Part shown: piece by piece, positions 48,880 through 62,094 of the stretch
How positions within the stretch are numbered: the stretch's first letter is position 1
Layout: each line of letters opens with the position of its first letter
Origin: Laetmonice hystrix
Taxonomy: Eukaryota
Assembly (NCBI GenBank): GCA_965235115.1
Contig: OZ249436.1
Coordinates: forward strand, 28,646,001-28,710,000
Length of the DNA: 64,000 nt
Reading direction: 5' to 3'
The notes under the pieces: generated by a model
Databases searched by the model: none
What the model saw: only the letters and a program-made list of their open reading frames with translations
Told to the model about the DNA's origin: nothing
Program-made: the position numbers and the translations under genes

Positions 48880-51800
48880 TCAGAATTATTCGAGGATGCT
48901 ATTGATTTACATTGAATCTGGGTGGAGGTTTCTAATGTGACTTCCATCCGTCCGTCTACAGACAGTGATTTCTCAGAAGTATATGTCAAATTGTATGAAA
49001 CTTTGCACAATTATCTCGAATGGCCTCAGGATGATCCACCGCAAATAGATTTTTGATATCATTCAAAATGGCCACTTGACAGCCATCTGAGATGTAAACA
49101 CGTTTCGAGCAATAACTCAGACAAAACGACCCCGACTTCTGTCAAAGTTGGTGCAAAGAAGAGACATAGGAGGGGCAATAAGGATGCCAATGTATTCGGT
49201 TAAGAGTAAATATGGCGACATGGCGGCCATATTTGTTTTTTGATCCCCAAAACAACACTGTTTGGCTCATATCTCGAAAACGGTGCAAGATAACCCAAGT
49301 ACCAAATTCCATGACCTTGAAAAGTCAGTCAAGGTCATATGTATTTTCAATGGCCTGTATAGTTGAAGATAACGCCATAATCTTGTGTGAAACGTGACAC
49401 AATGATCGGGTACAGTATACATGTGATGCAGAGTAAACAAATTTCTGATATTCTTCGAAATGGCCATCTTGGATGTAAACACATTTGGAGCAATAACTCG
49501 GACAAAACGATTCCAATTTCTTTCAGATTTGTTGTAAAGAAGAAGCATATGAGTGTCATTGTGTATGTCAATCTATTTTCTGTTCAGATCCAATATTGGC
49601 GACATGGTGGCCATACTATTTTGACCCCATGATAACACTATTTCGGCTTGTGTCTTGAAAACGGTGAAGGGAACGTAGGACCTTTCATTTCACACCATTG
49701 TTCTTGACGTAGCATGACGTAATATGACGTCATCGAAAGATCTGTATGGGTATATCTTGAAGACAGAGGAAGAAAAGGTCTAGTTGCTATTAAACATGTA
49801 GAGGAAGCCGTATGCCCTTTCTTTTCGCACCTTTGACAGTGACGTAGTGGGACGTATTCTTTGACCTTTTCTGACCTTACAAGGTCAATTGGGGTCGTGC
49901 ATCTTTTCAGTGGCTTGTACCTTCAAAGCTATAAGCCCATTACTACTCTTTGTAGTGGATAGAAAGTCAATTTCATTTGAGATTATCTCTTCAACCTCGA
50001 GTCCCCTTCCAATACATCGCAACCATCATATTATGTTCAAGACGGAATAGGTCTTGTTAGGGGCTGTAAGCCTCACAAGCTTGTTAATTTTAAATTAAGG
50101 CAAATGTTAATAAACCGTTGTATATATTTACCGCATGCTGAGACACACTCCTGTTTTTATCTCGTGTGGTCTTTACACCAACAAGTTTTCGAATAAATGG
50201 TTATTGTAACTGTTAAACTATCAAACTACACAATTTGTATATTTGAAGAAGATATTCATTTATATAGCATATATTTTGTAATTGTTAAATAAATTGTGTC
50301 AAGAACTAATACTTTCTAATTTTCTTTTCTTTTTTTCAAATCCTCATTTGAACGAAATGGCACTGCAAGTAGGCAAATCCCTCCTTAGCACTAAGATGAT
50401 TTTGATCTCCGACATTGAACCACTTACCTAGACCAACCCTCACCCCATTCGTTGCTGGTCATGGTCATGGAACTTTTCAGGTCATTTTTGCCGAAGTTCT
50501 GATATGTCCCCCCAAAGATAAATTTGGTAAAAGTCATATTTTAAGAGAGTAGGGCTATATTCAGGCTGTTTTTTGCATCCTGTCCCTAACCTTTGTTTAG
50601 ACTATTGAACTAATTTATTGAACACACTTAATTGGCGTACCCGGTAACAAGAATGACACACAATAGAAAATCTATATAGTACTTAATGCAATTCTTTTGC
50701 TTAATAAATCACAACTACCCGTAGGTGTCCTATGGAGTGTTAGGTACTTAGTGCCTGTAGGTATATCCCAGAAGAGGCAGCTATTCTGTGGGTATATCTT
50801 GAAAACAGAGGAAGAGAAGGCTATAGTTTCTATTCAGCGGAAGTCATATGCCCTCTCGTTTCGCACCACTGACGACGTAGCGGGACCTATGGCCAATTTT
50901 TCTGACCTTAAAAGGTCAATCAGGGTCATGCATCCTTTCAGTGGCTTTAACACCTTAACTACTCTTTGTGATGGATAGAAAGTATTATGTAATTATCCCA
51001 TTGACCCTCAAGGTGAATGGGATTTTGAAATTGTGTGGTTTCATCTTCCTTTTTATTATCCCATCCCCACGGAGGGGAGGAGATTTTGAAATTGTAGTTG
51101 TGGACTTGTAGTAGATACTATGTCTATCTCAGTCATTTTTCAAGATATCTCAACCAAACTTGGTACGCATCTTGACCATGACGAAGTCTGGTCAGACAAT
51201 GAGTCATGACGTCACGTGACGTCACGTCATGACGTCAAATTTTTGGGACATTGGGGGCCATTTTTAAAGTTCATATTGGGAATTTACAATCATCTACATT
51301 TATCTATCATGGCGTTTTGATCAGGCAAGGGTCTTGCCTAAGACTGACCCTTCCTTTGACCTTTGACCTTTGACCTGGGTACTAGGTCGTAAATCGGTTA
51401 AGTCACTACTCCTTCCTCATTTTTTCGTAAAATTAGACAATATTCGGCAGAAACACTCTCTAAGGAAAGGTCCACAAGATGATTGCAGGGATTAGCGATT
51501 TGACCTTTTTTCGCCAAACCACGTGACTTTGAAGTTTGTCATAAAGGGCCATGTTTACTATTGTACACAAATAGGAAGTGATATGCTCTTTCATTTGGCA
51601 CCATCATTTTTAAGGATTTGGCCTATTTTCGCTGAACCACGTGACCTGCAAGTTTTAAAGTTAGCTCATTTGGAAGATTCCTGGCTGTAACTCTTGAAAG
51701 ATTTAAGATAGAGTCTTATATGAACTTTATAAAGGTGTATGTCCTCTTTAATTAGGTACCATAATTTTTGTATCGCGTGACTTGTGACGTCATCTATGAC

Positions 51801-51930
51801 GTCATTTTTCTGATTTATGTAACCGAACTTCTATGGGCTGTATCTTGAAACGTATTACACATATCCATATGCAAGTACATCTCAATTCTTTTTCTCAAAA
51901 GGCAATATAGCCACAATCACAAGTTTTTAT
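48880..51930. mobile_element. Cluster of Helentron/HINE-like non-autonomous repeats
   Basis: CCATCCGTCCGTCT and TGACCTTTGACC motifs, a T-rich start with short hairpin at about 51050, and two similar segments of about 200 bp (about 49745-49965 and 50790-50985). Classification is inference. Confidence 0.4.
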
Positions 51931-52018
51931 GGGTATAGTCTTCATATGTTTGCCACTAGGATGGTTGTGGTCACTGTATGTACACATACCGCCCACTGTG
52001 CTGCCGCAAAGGGTTATG

Positions 52019-52471
52019 TAATAGACCGTTTCCAAGTAACTCCCAAGACGCCCGGTGGTGGCGCTGTTGTTGCTAGGTCTGGGAAGCGCACCCTAGCAAC
52101 GCGTTCTTACTGGGTGTGTCAGTTAGACTTATTGTCCAGATTAAGTACAGATTTTGGTGTTTTTTTTGGCATTGTGAGATACAATCTTAAGCCAAATAGA
52201 TAAGTTCGATAAATGGACTATCCCTGGGTTGAAAAAGTACCTACAGGAGCGTGGAGTTGCCGTCACAAGGCACAAAAACTTGAAGAAGGGAACTTAAATA
52301 GTTTCTCTTTGCAAGAATTTTTCAGAACAGAACTTGGACGTGCATGGCCGTGCCTAAGGGGGGGGGGGGGGTTTGGGTGTCTGTAACCCCCCTGGATGCC
52401 AAAGATTTTTTCTTTTTGTTTGTTAGGTCCTAACTAACACTTGGATCCGTCCACTGTAACCCCCCTGCACG
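52019..52471 (+). mobile_element. DNA transposon end (TAATAGACC terminus) with start of a SAP-domain ORF; inverted copy of 58997-59438
   Basis: About 450 bp matches the reverse complement of 58997-59438 with a few percent divergence; the ATG has become ATA. Confidence 0.85.
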
Positions 52472-52982
52472 TGCTGATAAGGCCTGCTGGTGTCGACTCC
52501 CCCGGTCCTCCCAGTCAGCGTGCGGTTGGCGGAATCTGTATGTCCAGAACAACCCCAACTGAATTAGCGGTGCTTTGGAGTTTTATACATACTGTCTAAT
52601 CATTTATTCCACGCAAATCGGGACATGAACATCAGATTTGAGAATTCCAGGCACATGCTTGCATATACATGTAGTATCATTCTGTTCCTTACGACCTTTC
52701 TGTTACGTCTACGTCAATGTCAATTTTGCAAGTGCCCCACCCACTGCGCATGCGCAAAGTGACCTACCCAAGAAGGAATGTGGCGCCAAATTCAAGGTTC
52801 AGTTTTTGCTGATGTCAACCGTTCCTACATCGCAACCATATCTGGATACCTGACATATATTATATATCCTTTTTAAGATAAACTCCTGTAGATTACAGAG
52901 TGACGTTTATTTTTGCTTAGATTGGGTGTATTTAACGGACGACGGTCTGACCTTTGAAGAATAACAAGTACAAGTGGTCAAT

Positions 52983-55365
52983 GTAATTCCGTCACAATAT
53001 TTTCAATCTCGTTCACATGGCACTGTTATTTTTTCGTGATATTTCATAAAATTCCGTTTTTAACAAAGTTTTTTAATGCTGTTTCTGAAAATAATCATGA
53101 TATATTGTTTTAGTGTGGTTTATATTTAAAAGCAAGCCGTGGCGGAATTACAATTAACGTCGTGACGGAATTACACGTGAATGTAATTCCGTCATATCGC
53201 CCCCCCCCCCCCATGATTCCAAAAGTTTCTTGGGCCCTGCTCTGCTTACGTGCAGAATCTTGGGCGACCCTGGGGGAAATAGCAACGGAGCGTCAACGTG
53301 AGCGAAGGACTCAAACAGAATCCAAGGGTAGCCTGTAGAGCTGGGGGGGGGGGGGGGGGGTAGTCGGGGGAAGGGGGATGGCAGTTGCCCATCCCTAAGA
53401 TTTTGTTTTACCCTTTAGGTTACCATATACCGAGCAGTTACCATAACCCAGCCACTGTATTCCATATTGGAAATAAAATAAATAAAATGACCCATGGCCA
53501 TGACCCACCACTTTGAAATGGGGGGGGGGGGGCAGTGTATCTTTTGCCCCCCCCCCCCAACGTTTTACTCGAAACTTGAACGTCGCTGCCATACCTTATT
53601 TTGTGTTCTAAAATGCACCAGATGTCACCAAAATAACCTGAAATTTGTTCGGCCCTCGTGATGGACTCATTTGGCCCATCTAAATCCCCCACCCCCACTC
53701 AACCCACCTGGAAGGCTAAGGGTATGGTATAGATCTAGGCCTAATATGAAAGGTAGGCCTACAAAGCTCTTCAATCAACAGTTTAGAGATCAGGTAATAG
53801 AAGACTGTGTCTTCAGTTGGTGGCAATGGACTGAAAAAGACGGCTTTGTCAAAAAAAAAACCCATCAAAGCACGGCTCGACAACCGACGCATTTCAAGAC
53901 CTAGCAAGTCAGCTACCCCTATTCTTCTGACATTCTTTTATTAAAGAGAATCAGGCTTCCTCCTATAACCAATCAGAAACCAACGTCATGGAACTAGGCA
54001 GCAACACGTGTCTACTGCAAATGGACCTTGCAGAAAACTTTACTTGCGTATGACAAAATCAAATCCAGAGCGTACATTGGCGGCAAAGGCAGGTTTTAAT
54101 ATGCACTGTTGGTCCACCATCGTGAACATACCATGTCATTGTGTTATAGTCAGCGACTGCCGTGATCATGAAAAGTCGGCAGCGGTGGCGTACACCAGTC
54201 CTTTGAGATCCTATAGGCCTAGATGAAACAAAACCTCCGAATGTTGAGGTGATCCGACATCCCGGACAGATGGTCCATCAAGTCAAATTAAGAAGATATA
54301 TATTTGCCTTGTTGTCGAAGCTAGAGAAATAGGGCCTACCGATCATTCAAAATCACGTGAAGCTTTTTCGCAACGTCCCACGGAAAAGGGCCAAACTATG
54401 GTCCTGGCGGGAATGTGAAACGCATGGCTCATCGTTTGATCATGTCCGGAGCGAAGATGACGAGTAATGCTGAAACATTTGCCGATGTGATCAGATCGTG
54501 TGAGACAGACATTCATGGCATTGTTATGAATGAGGACGTCATTGAACAGCAATGTCAAGATTTGGGCACCTTTGTCTTGTGGAATGGACTGCAGACATTC
54601 CCCCCGGGACAATTATAGGCCCTACTATCCTACAGACGGAAGGAAGCGAGACTGCCGTTGCCTCTTGTAAACCTCCAGCCAAATGCTGTGATCGAGTATC
54701 AGCTAGGCCTGCATATCGAAACAAGACATTGCAGGGCAAGCAAAAGAAGACAAAGCAGGACGACTCTGAATGTGCAAGCTGCTGCTTTGTCTCTCGTGAC
54801 CTATCCGATCCTAAATCAACTGAGGACTGGCTTATGTGTAGGATATGCCACCTTTGGTTTCACGAGTCCTGTGGGGAAGATTATGGCATTATCGACGATG
54901 ATTTTTCGACTTAGCAAAGCTTTTTCTGCTCTTTATAAATGGAACACCCTCCCAGCTTTTAGCCCAAGTAACTCTGTCGTCTTGAAATCACCTCATAGAT
55001 TTTCACATATGACGGTGGTATGGAAGTAGACTATAGCCTATATTTGTTCGGCCAATTCGTTATCAGCCTTCACTTTCTGCCTGTTCCGGCTCATAATTTA
55101 GCCTACTTTTTATATCACTTACGTTGCCATTGCGTTAGTTGACCTTTGTTCCACATGTTCAATAGGCCTACAGCTTGTTTCCTGCGATTAGGCCTCGTTA
55201 CAGTGATATGAATTTTAAAAATAAATTCTATAGAATCATAAATCTATATACCTATAGAAGCCTATCATATGCCTATAGAAGCCTATAACTCTGGTTTTTA
55301 ATGCGATCTGTCATTAGTGTGACGGAATTACAACAACTGTAATTCCGTAACGTGACGGAATTTCA
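52983..55365 (+). pseudogene. Decayed pogo/Fot1-like transposon with C-terminal PHD finger
   Basis: GTGACGGAATTAC repeats in both orientations at about 52983-53194 and 55318-55365. ORF fragment 54552-54914 encodes CASC..EDWLMCRICHLWFHESC (PHD finger) after a basic stretch. Confidence 0.45.
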
Positions 55366-57572
55366 AGGCACATTTATGAGCTTTTTTTAATGAGTAAAAC
55401 TCATTTTGACGTGAAGATATGGCCAGAATAGCTCGAGTTCTGGCTAACATAACGGCCATATTTAATTTGTGCAAATGAGGGAGCGAGCCAATCACTCGTT
55501 TTCTTCTAGTAACCGATTCCTCCGTCCCAGAACCTCCTAAAAATAATTAGAATATGTATCACTGCAAAAAGATTGAGTATTTCATTTATCCCCTGAACAG
55601 TACTTTATAAAGAGTAAAATTCCATTTTGACGTTGAGATATAGCCAGAATAGCTCAAATTCGTGTTAAGATGGCGGCTATATTTAATTTATGCAAATGAG
55701 TGAGCGGCCAATCACTTTTTTTTTTGTAACAGATTCCTCTGTCCCAGAACCTCCTAGGAAAAAAATTAAAATGAAAAAAGTCAATTCACGGGTGGAGATA
55801 ATGCCAAAAGTGAATCGCCATGGGTAAGATGGCGGCCATATTGGATTTATGCAAATTAGAAAAAATGCTCCAGGGTGCCAAGCTGGCATCAGGCGGATTC
55901 TCACTCAGGACGACCTTAGCACCTTAAATCCATCAAAAAATAAAAGTTATAGATACCACATTTCTAGGTTCAGCCCTTTGACTGCCGGACTAATAGGCCT
56001 GTTTTGGCCTATAGGGTGATAGGCATACTTTTTTCCTGGGGCCTATCGATCTTGGATCTAGGCTCCCACCCCCAACATAATTATAGTAGCAGATAATAGC
56101 TTCATAGCAACTTTATCTGCCTTGTCCCATTTCTCCCAAGGTGGTGTCCCATTTCTCCCTGGAGGTGTCCCATTTCTCCCCATGTTATGTAAAAAGAAAA
56201 ATACGGCAATGCGCAAAACTGAATCAAATTGTGGTATTAATGAATAGTACAAAGCAAGGGGCTATCATTATTCTTCCTTCAGAAAACAGAAACATTTGAT
56301 TACACATGTTTAGAGCTGATCCTAGTGTCCCATGTCTCCCCGGTTCTCCCCTAATGATTATTTCAAATAGAGTAATAGAGTAATGATTATTTCATATAGA
56401 GTAAATGCAGGGTCAAATTCATATGCTTCCACGAGCAGGACATTATACTAAAGATGGACAATGACTTTATCATTTAAAAGAAAAAAGGAAGGATGTTACA
56501 GTATGACAGTAGTTTGATGTTAATAAAATCCACTAGATGGCGGCACGCTAGACGAGGAAGCGCGGCATAGCAGAGGACACGCCATTCGGAAAACCTCGGC
56601 CCAACTTCCGGTCGCTTCGCTAGTTGTGGACCGGACAGTCCCGAGGTGGGCCGAATGAGGACACGCACGCGGACTATTTCCAAGAATGGCCGCCGTCCCC
56701 AGCAACGCCTAGCAACCAGCCGTAGTCTGGGAAGCGAGCAGCCTATGCCCATTAACTAGCATTACACGCTATGGCACGGACAACCTTAAAATTGTATAAG
56801 GTAGCTTCTGTATAAAACACAACCACTATCACCAACAGGTCAAGGATTACTCTATAGGGACACGTACAATTTGTTAGAACAGTGGTTTGCATAGGCCTAC
56901 AGCCGAGGAGAAAATTACCACATTTTGTCGACCGTATGAGACAAACAGCGGGCGACCGAGCCGAGCAACGGGTTGTGGGGACTTTGCAACAGTAACTCAC
57001 AATATGGGCCGGAAGAAAAGCGGCTATGTGCAAGAAATAAATAATAACAGAATGCCCCCCAAAAGAAGGATTTTTCTCTGTTCTGGGACTGTTCGCTGTG
57101 TTGAGTCAATCTTGTGACACATCTCAATGTGTCATTGTGTGCGCCACACTTAGATCTAACACTTAGATCTAGGCCTAGATCAGGCAAAGGTTGCAGCGAC
57201 GAAGCATGTCGTGAACAGCTCTTCTAACCTCCAGAGAGGGGGTGGACATGTTGAAGGGGTTGGTCCGTGAATGATGGTGCAAGATTGTACCCGCATCAAA
57301 TCTGGTTTAGGGCCTACGTAAAACTGGCACGCCTATGGCTGTTACATGTGTTACTGGCCGGATAACAGTTGGGCCGGAACTTGCCGTGGCGCTACCTAGC
57401 GGTGGGTTAAAGAACTTTGGCGCTACCTGGCGGGGAAGGGGAGAACATGAAGCCACGAGACGGCTCACCGACCAACAATCACAAGCACAGGCGGCTGCAC
57501 GAATGCGTAGGAAACACCAGGATTAGGCCACTTAAATGGATGACAGGCCCTGGATCCGAAACCAGAGTTGAC

Positions 57573-57809
57573 TGTAACGGGCCGGGGGGACAAATGACAT
57601 GACACTTCCTTTAGCCTCGTTGTCACTTTAATGCCTGTCACCGTGTGTCACAATACCACCGTGCCACTATGCCACTACCCGGTATGCCACTACCCGGTAT
57701 GCCACGTCAACTGAAACAGGAGTTGACCCACAACCTTACTGGAGTTACTCGACAATTAAAACCGAGGCTAAAGGAAGTGTCATGTCATTTGTCCCCCCGG
57801 CCCGTTACA
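57573..57809. mobile_element. MITE with TGT...ACA termini
   Basis: About 46-bp perfect TIR TGTAACGGGCCGGGGGGACAAATGACATGACACTTCCTTTAGCCTCG; internal 15-bp tandem duplication ATGCCACTACCCGGT. Confidence 0.85.
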
Positions 57810-58212
57810 ACATGTTCTGTAAATAAAATCTCTGACGATTCTTTGGCGTTGTTTTGGTGTCAATTTCAACCATATCCCAAGTTGTAAATTTTGGATTCTG
57901 ATGTCCCATTTTTAAAACCCCACAGTTCGGCAATGCGCGACCACAGGAAGGTCAGGATGGTGTCACTGGAAAGCTCATGAACAGTACTTTATGATTCAGC
58001 CATTTATCTTCTCTAAATTTACCTATAGCTGGTCACAAAAGCCCTTTGTTTTTGGATTACCATTTTTTTGAGACACCCTGTATAGACGCCACACCCTGCC
58101 TCAACAGAACGAAGTGTTGTTACTATGATAACTTTAAAGGTCTGCTTCCAGTGCCTCTCTGGGTTGATCTGTCTCCCCTCTAGACATCAAGCATGACTGG
58201 GATATCTGAATG

Positions 58213-58597
58213 CAGGGGCGTAGGAAAAGGGGGGCCAGGGGGGGGGCCATGGCCCCCCCAATTTGCAATGAGGGGGGCCAGAGTATCTTTTGCCCCCCCC
58301 CCACTTTCTCCCTCCCCTTGACTTTTGCCATTGGAAGTGTATGGAAGTCTATGGGGGAGGGTATTTTCTCATATTTCAGACCTTATTTTGTGCTCTAAGA
58401 TGCACCAAATGTCACCAAATTACACTATAAATTTCAAAATTTTTCGGGGGGGGGGGGGCATGCCCCGGACCCCCTAGCATGGCTTCACGCCTTCGGCGCT
58501 CGACCAGTCCCCCCGCCAAACTGTAATCCCCCTCGAAAAGTCCTGCGCATGGCCCTGTTGCCCCCCCCCCACTTTTAAAGTGCTTCCTACGCCTCTG
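58213..58597. mobile_element. CAG...CTG MITE with 5-bp TSD (hAT5-like)
   Basis: Termini CAGGGGCGTAGGAA / TTCCTACGCCTCTG; TSD GAATG. Confidence 0.8.
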
Positions 58598-58679
58598 GAA
58601 TGCAACTAGTATACAGTTTCTCTGATTCATCTGTTATTTTCTTTAAATACCATGAATGAGTAGGCCCCCTACCATTACT

Positions 58680-59262
58680 CTAGTCCGCAAACGTGCCATC
58701 AACTGTCAGACAGCGATCACCGAAGCTCTTTTGATAGGCATTCAAGTTCTCTCCATCATAGTGATCAGCCAGACTGCAGATCAGATAGTTAAAAATATCA
58801 CGAACTGTGAGTAGGGGCCTAGTGGCGTACTACTGAGGTCATCCGTGAATCCTTGAATCCTTGTAGAGTTAACAAATCACCTTGATCTCCATTGAACTCA
58901 ACCTTTTGGAGATCATCAGCCACATTCCAAGTAGCCTACTGAAGTCTGGATCCACGTCAGGGCCGTGCCCAGAGATTGGTGCAGGGGGTGTTATTCGTGC
59001 AGGGGGGTTACAGTGGACGGATCCAAGTGTTAGTTAGGACCTAAAAGACAAAAAGAAAAAAATCTTTGGCACCCAGGGGGGTTACAGACACCCAAAACCC
59101 CCCTTGGGCACGGCCATGCACGTCCAAGTTCTGTTCTGAAAAACTCTTGCAAAGAGAAACTAATGTTCCCTTTTTCACGTTCTTGTGCACTGTGACGGCA
59201 ACTCCACGCTCCTGTAGGTACTTTTTCAGCCCAGGGATAGTCCATTTATCGAACTTATCCAT
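58680..59262 (-). pseudogene. SAP-domain N-terminus of a transposon accessory protein, interrupted by a 161-bp MITE
   Basis: MDKFDKWTIPGLKKYLQERGVAVT..KKGTLVSLC is SAP-like. After the insertion at 58958-59118 (TSD CACGT) it continues ..FTDDLSS..TVRDIFNYLI..YD..LNAYQKS, resembling N-termini of SWIM/YqaJ-type transposon proteins (inference). Confidence 0.55.
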
Positions 59263-59812
59263 TTGGCTTAAGATTGTATCTCACAATGCACAAAACCCAA
59301 CAAAATCTGTACTTAATCTGGACAATAAGTCTAACTGACACACACAGTAAGAACGCGTTGCTAGGGGGCGCTTCACAGACCTAGCAACAACAGCGCCACC
59401 ACCGGGCGTCTTGGGAGTTACTTGGAAACGGTCTATTAGGGGGTGATTACGAAACACGTGTGTTGCGTGGCGGGAGACGGAAGGAGGAAATATCAAGGAA
59501 AAAGCGGGATTTTACGTTCTAAAGTACACCTACTGTTGTCCAAAGATACCAAGAAACGGAAGGCATGCCAAATAGGAAAGCCGAAAAGCCAAGGACAAAA
59601 ACAAGCAGGTTTTCCAAGAGGTAACCATAACACAACCCGACGACACCACCAATATGGCCGAGGTTGCTAACGTCAACAATGGCACACCAAACAAGGCAAC
59701 AGGTAGACCTAGATATGATTTACTCTAAGCTGTAAGACCTTACTCAGGACGCAAAGAGACTATCAATCATGTTCGCCGGAAAACATTGAAGTAATGAGAA
59801 TTGAGAACTATA

Positions 59813-60477
59813 CACACTAAAAACAGATTGGTTGAAATAACTACCAATCTCATTGGTTTAGCCTAAATTGGTTAAATTTGCTTAAATCACAACCAATACG
59901 TTGGTTATTGGGTAACCAATCTCATTGATTGAGCCTAAATTGGTTGATTTAACCACCAATTTAGTTACAACCAATATGTTGTGCGATTAACAACCAATGT
60001 GGTTACTGGACAACCGGCACGGTGGTCACATGATGACTCTCACCTGCCCATTTCTTTGTCTATACCCCGAAGTGTCTTATACCTGTGAGAGTCGGCTAAT
60101 GAAACCGTGGGCATAAATGAACAATAATATGAGGAGTCTTTGTTATAGTGAGTAGAGTGTTATGGCCTAATTAAGTAGGATTTGTTGACATTGCTGATGA
60201 AAACACCATCTTTGGATGCTAGAGAACATAATTATTAACTTCTTGGTAAAAGTAGTCGACATTATCATGCAGAGTAGCATCTTAGGTTACAGACGTTTGA
60301 ATTTTCTTCGAATGGACCTGTCTGAAATCATCAGGCCATGCGAATCTAAACTAAAAAAGCCAGATATTTGTTTCTCGTTTATCATAATTGTATGAGATCG
60401 ATTGGACACATCCATGCAGAAGATTGGTTGATTTTAACCAGGATCCTGGTTGTTTTAACCAATTTGTTTTTAAAGTG
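59813..60477. mobile_element. CAC...GTG (EnSpm/CACTA-like) MITE inserted in LINE ORF1
   Basis: Imperfect TIR CAC(AC/TT)TAAAAACA.ATTGGTT; many internal AACCAAT/ATTGGTT repeats. Confidence 0.7.
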
Positions 60478-61066
60478 AGGCTGGAAAGCGACATTGAAGA
60501 CACACGTGTCAGTTTACTGGACGAACTCACAAACAAGTTAACCATGGAAAGGGCGAACAATGTTAAAATCGTGAATGAGCTACAGGAAGCAAACAAAAAA
60601 ATTCTCCAGCTAGAGACATATAGCAGAAAACATAACCTTGTTATTGAAGGCCTGTCCGAAAATCGGGGGGAAAACACCAAGCGACTCGTCCTACAACTAA
60701 TACGAGAGAAGCTAGAATTGCCCATTGAAAGTACAGAAGTGGACAAGTGCGACAGGTATGGGAGTAAGTAGTCAAGCCGACCACGTCCAATACTAGCTAG
60801 ATTCGTAAGAATAACCTGTAAGACTGCGGGACACAACCACTAAGATATATATAAATGAGGATTTACCCGCCCAAATCAAAATGGAGAGAGCGGCGCTAAG
60901 ATCAGTAGAGCTCTACGTATGCGAGGCACATAGAGCCCCCATCTCTGCAAAGGTTGTTGTTGACATGTTACACCTCAATAACCAAACCTACAAGTATGAA
61001 GACCTTGAACTATTGCCACCGAAATTTTTACTAGCTGCTGCCAGAACCCCCAAAGTGTCAGAGAAT

Positions 61067-61478
61067 CATGTAGGATTTGCCTCAGAACACTCCCCCTTAA
61101 GTAATTTCTATCCATGTGACATTATAATTGACGGCCGTAAGTGGAATTCAACCGAACAGTATTTTCAAAGTAAGAAAGCTGAAAAGGCACAAAGTGAAAA
61201 AAAAATCAAACACTTGGAGAACCAAATCAAAATAACATCAACATCAGAGTGGCCAAGAATCGAGGCGAGGGTCATGGGTGACGCTAACAATGCCAAGTTT
61301 TCACAGCACAGAGAACTTTTGCATAACCGGCGACCGCACTATGGTCGAGGCTACTCGAGATTGGAAGTGGGGCGGTGCATGCAGTCTATGGTCAACTGAA
61401 CTCAAAACACTGTGCTTCAAAGGTCAAAACAAACACGGCAAAATCCTAATGGATCTTAGGCGCCAGATGAAAGACTAA
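61067..61478 (+). pseudogene. NADAR (YbiA-like) domain at the C-terminus of LINE ORF1, frameshifted near 61320
   Basis: F..HSPLSNFYPC..IDG..WNSTEQYFQSKKA..W..VM..ANNAKFSQHREL / TGDRTMVEATRDWKWG..GQNKHGKILMDLR: the full series of NADAR motifs in order. Confidence 0.88.
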
Positions 61479-61592
61479 AACTTTTTCGTTAATTCCACCC
61501 TCTCCCGTCCAATCGCATGTAATTTTGATTAGGCATGACTACCAACGTATTATTTACGGTTCACCTCGGCCTATGCCTTGTCTTAGTGATGC

Positions 61593-62094
61593 CACTGGGT
61601 AAGGTCAAATCTAAAAGTTAAATGGGTGTTAACGCTAGGTATTAAGAAAGTGTTCTATAAATCGGAAATTTGACCTCGTCCTGGGTGTTTGCTTAACACT
61701 GAGTTAACACTGTCTCAACAACGTGTTAACACCTAAAACACACCTTGGAAACACCTAGATAACTCAGGTGTCTCATTAATCTCAGTAAGGTCCCAGGTGT
61801 CTTTGGAATACCATAGAAAACCTATACCTAAAGTGTTAACCGCCTGTGGGTTAACACCTGAGACAGGTCAAAACTCAGAGTCAAGCTTATTCCTTATGCC
61901 ACTGGTAGGAGTGGCGACCAGGTGTGGCTGATGTGTCAGGAAAGTGTTACCTGAGTTTTTCAAAGTATTAACAAGGTGTTGTCAAAATGTTAACTGGAGC
62001 CTAGTGTTAAAGGTCCAGGTTAACACTTTTTCCTGAGATAACACCTGGATAATCCAGGCATATAGTTAACTCTCATATTTGACCTCACCCACTG
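61593..62094. mobile_element. MITE in the LINE ORF1-ORF2 spacer
   Basis: Imperfect TIR CA(C/G)TGGGT(A/G)AGGTCAAAT; internal GTTAACAC/GTGTTAAC repeats. Confidence 0.7.
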
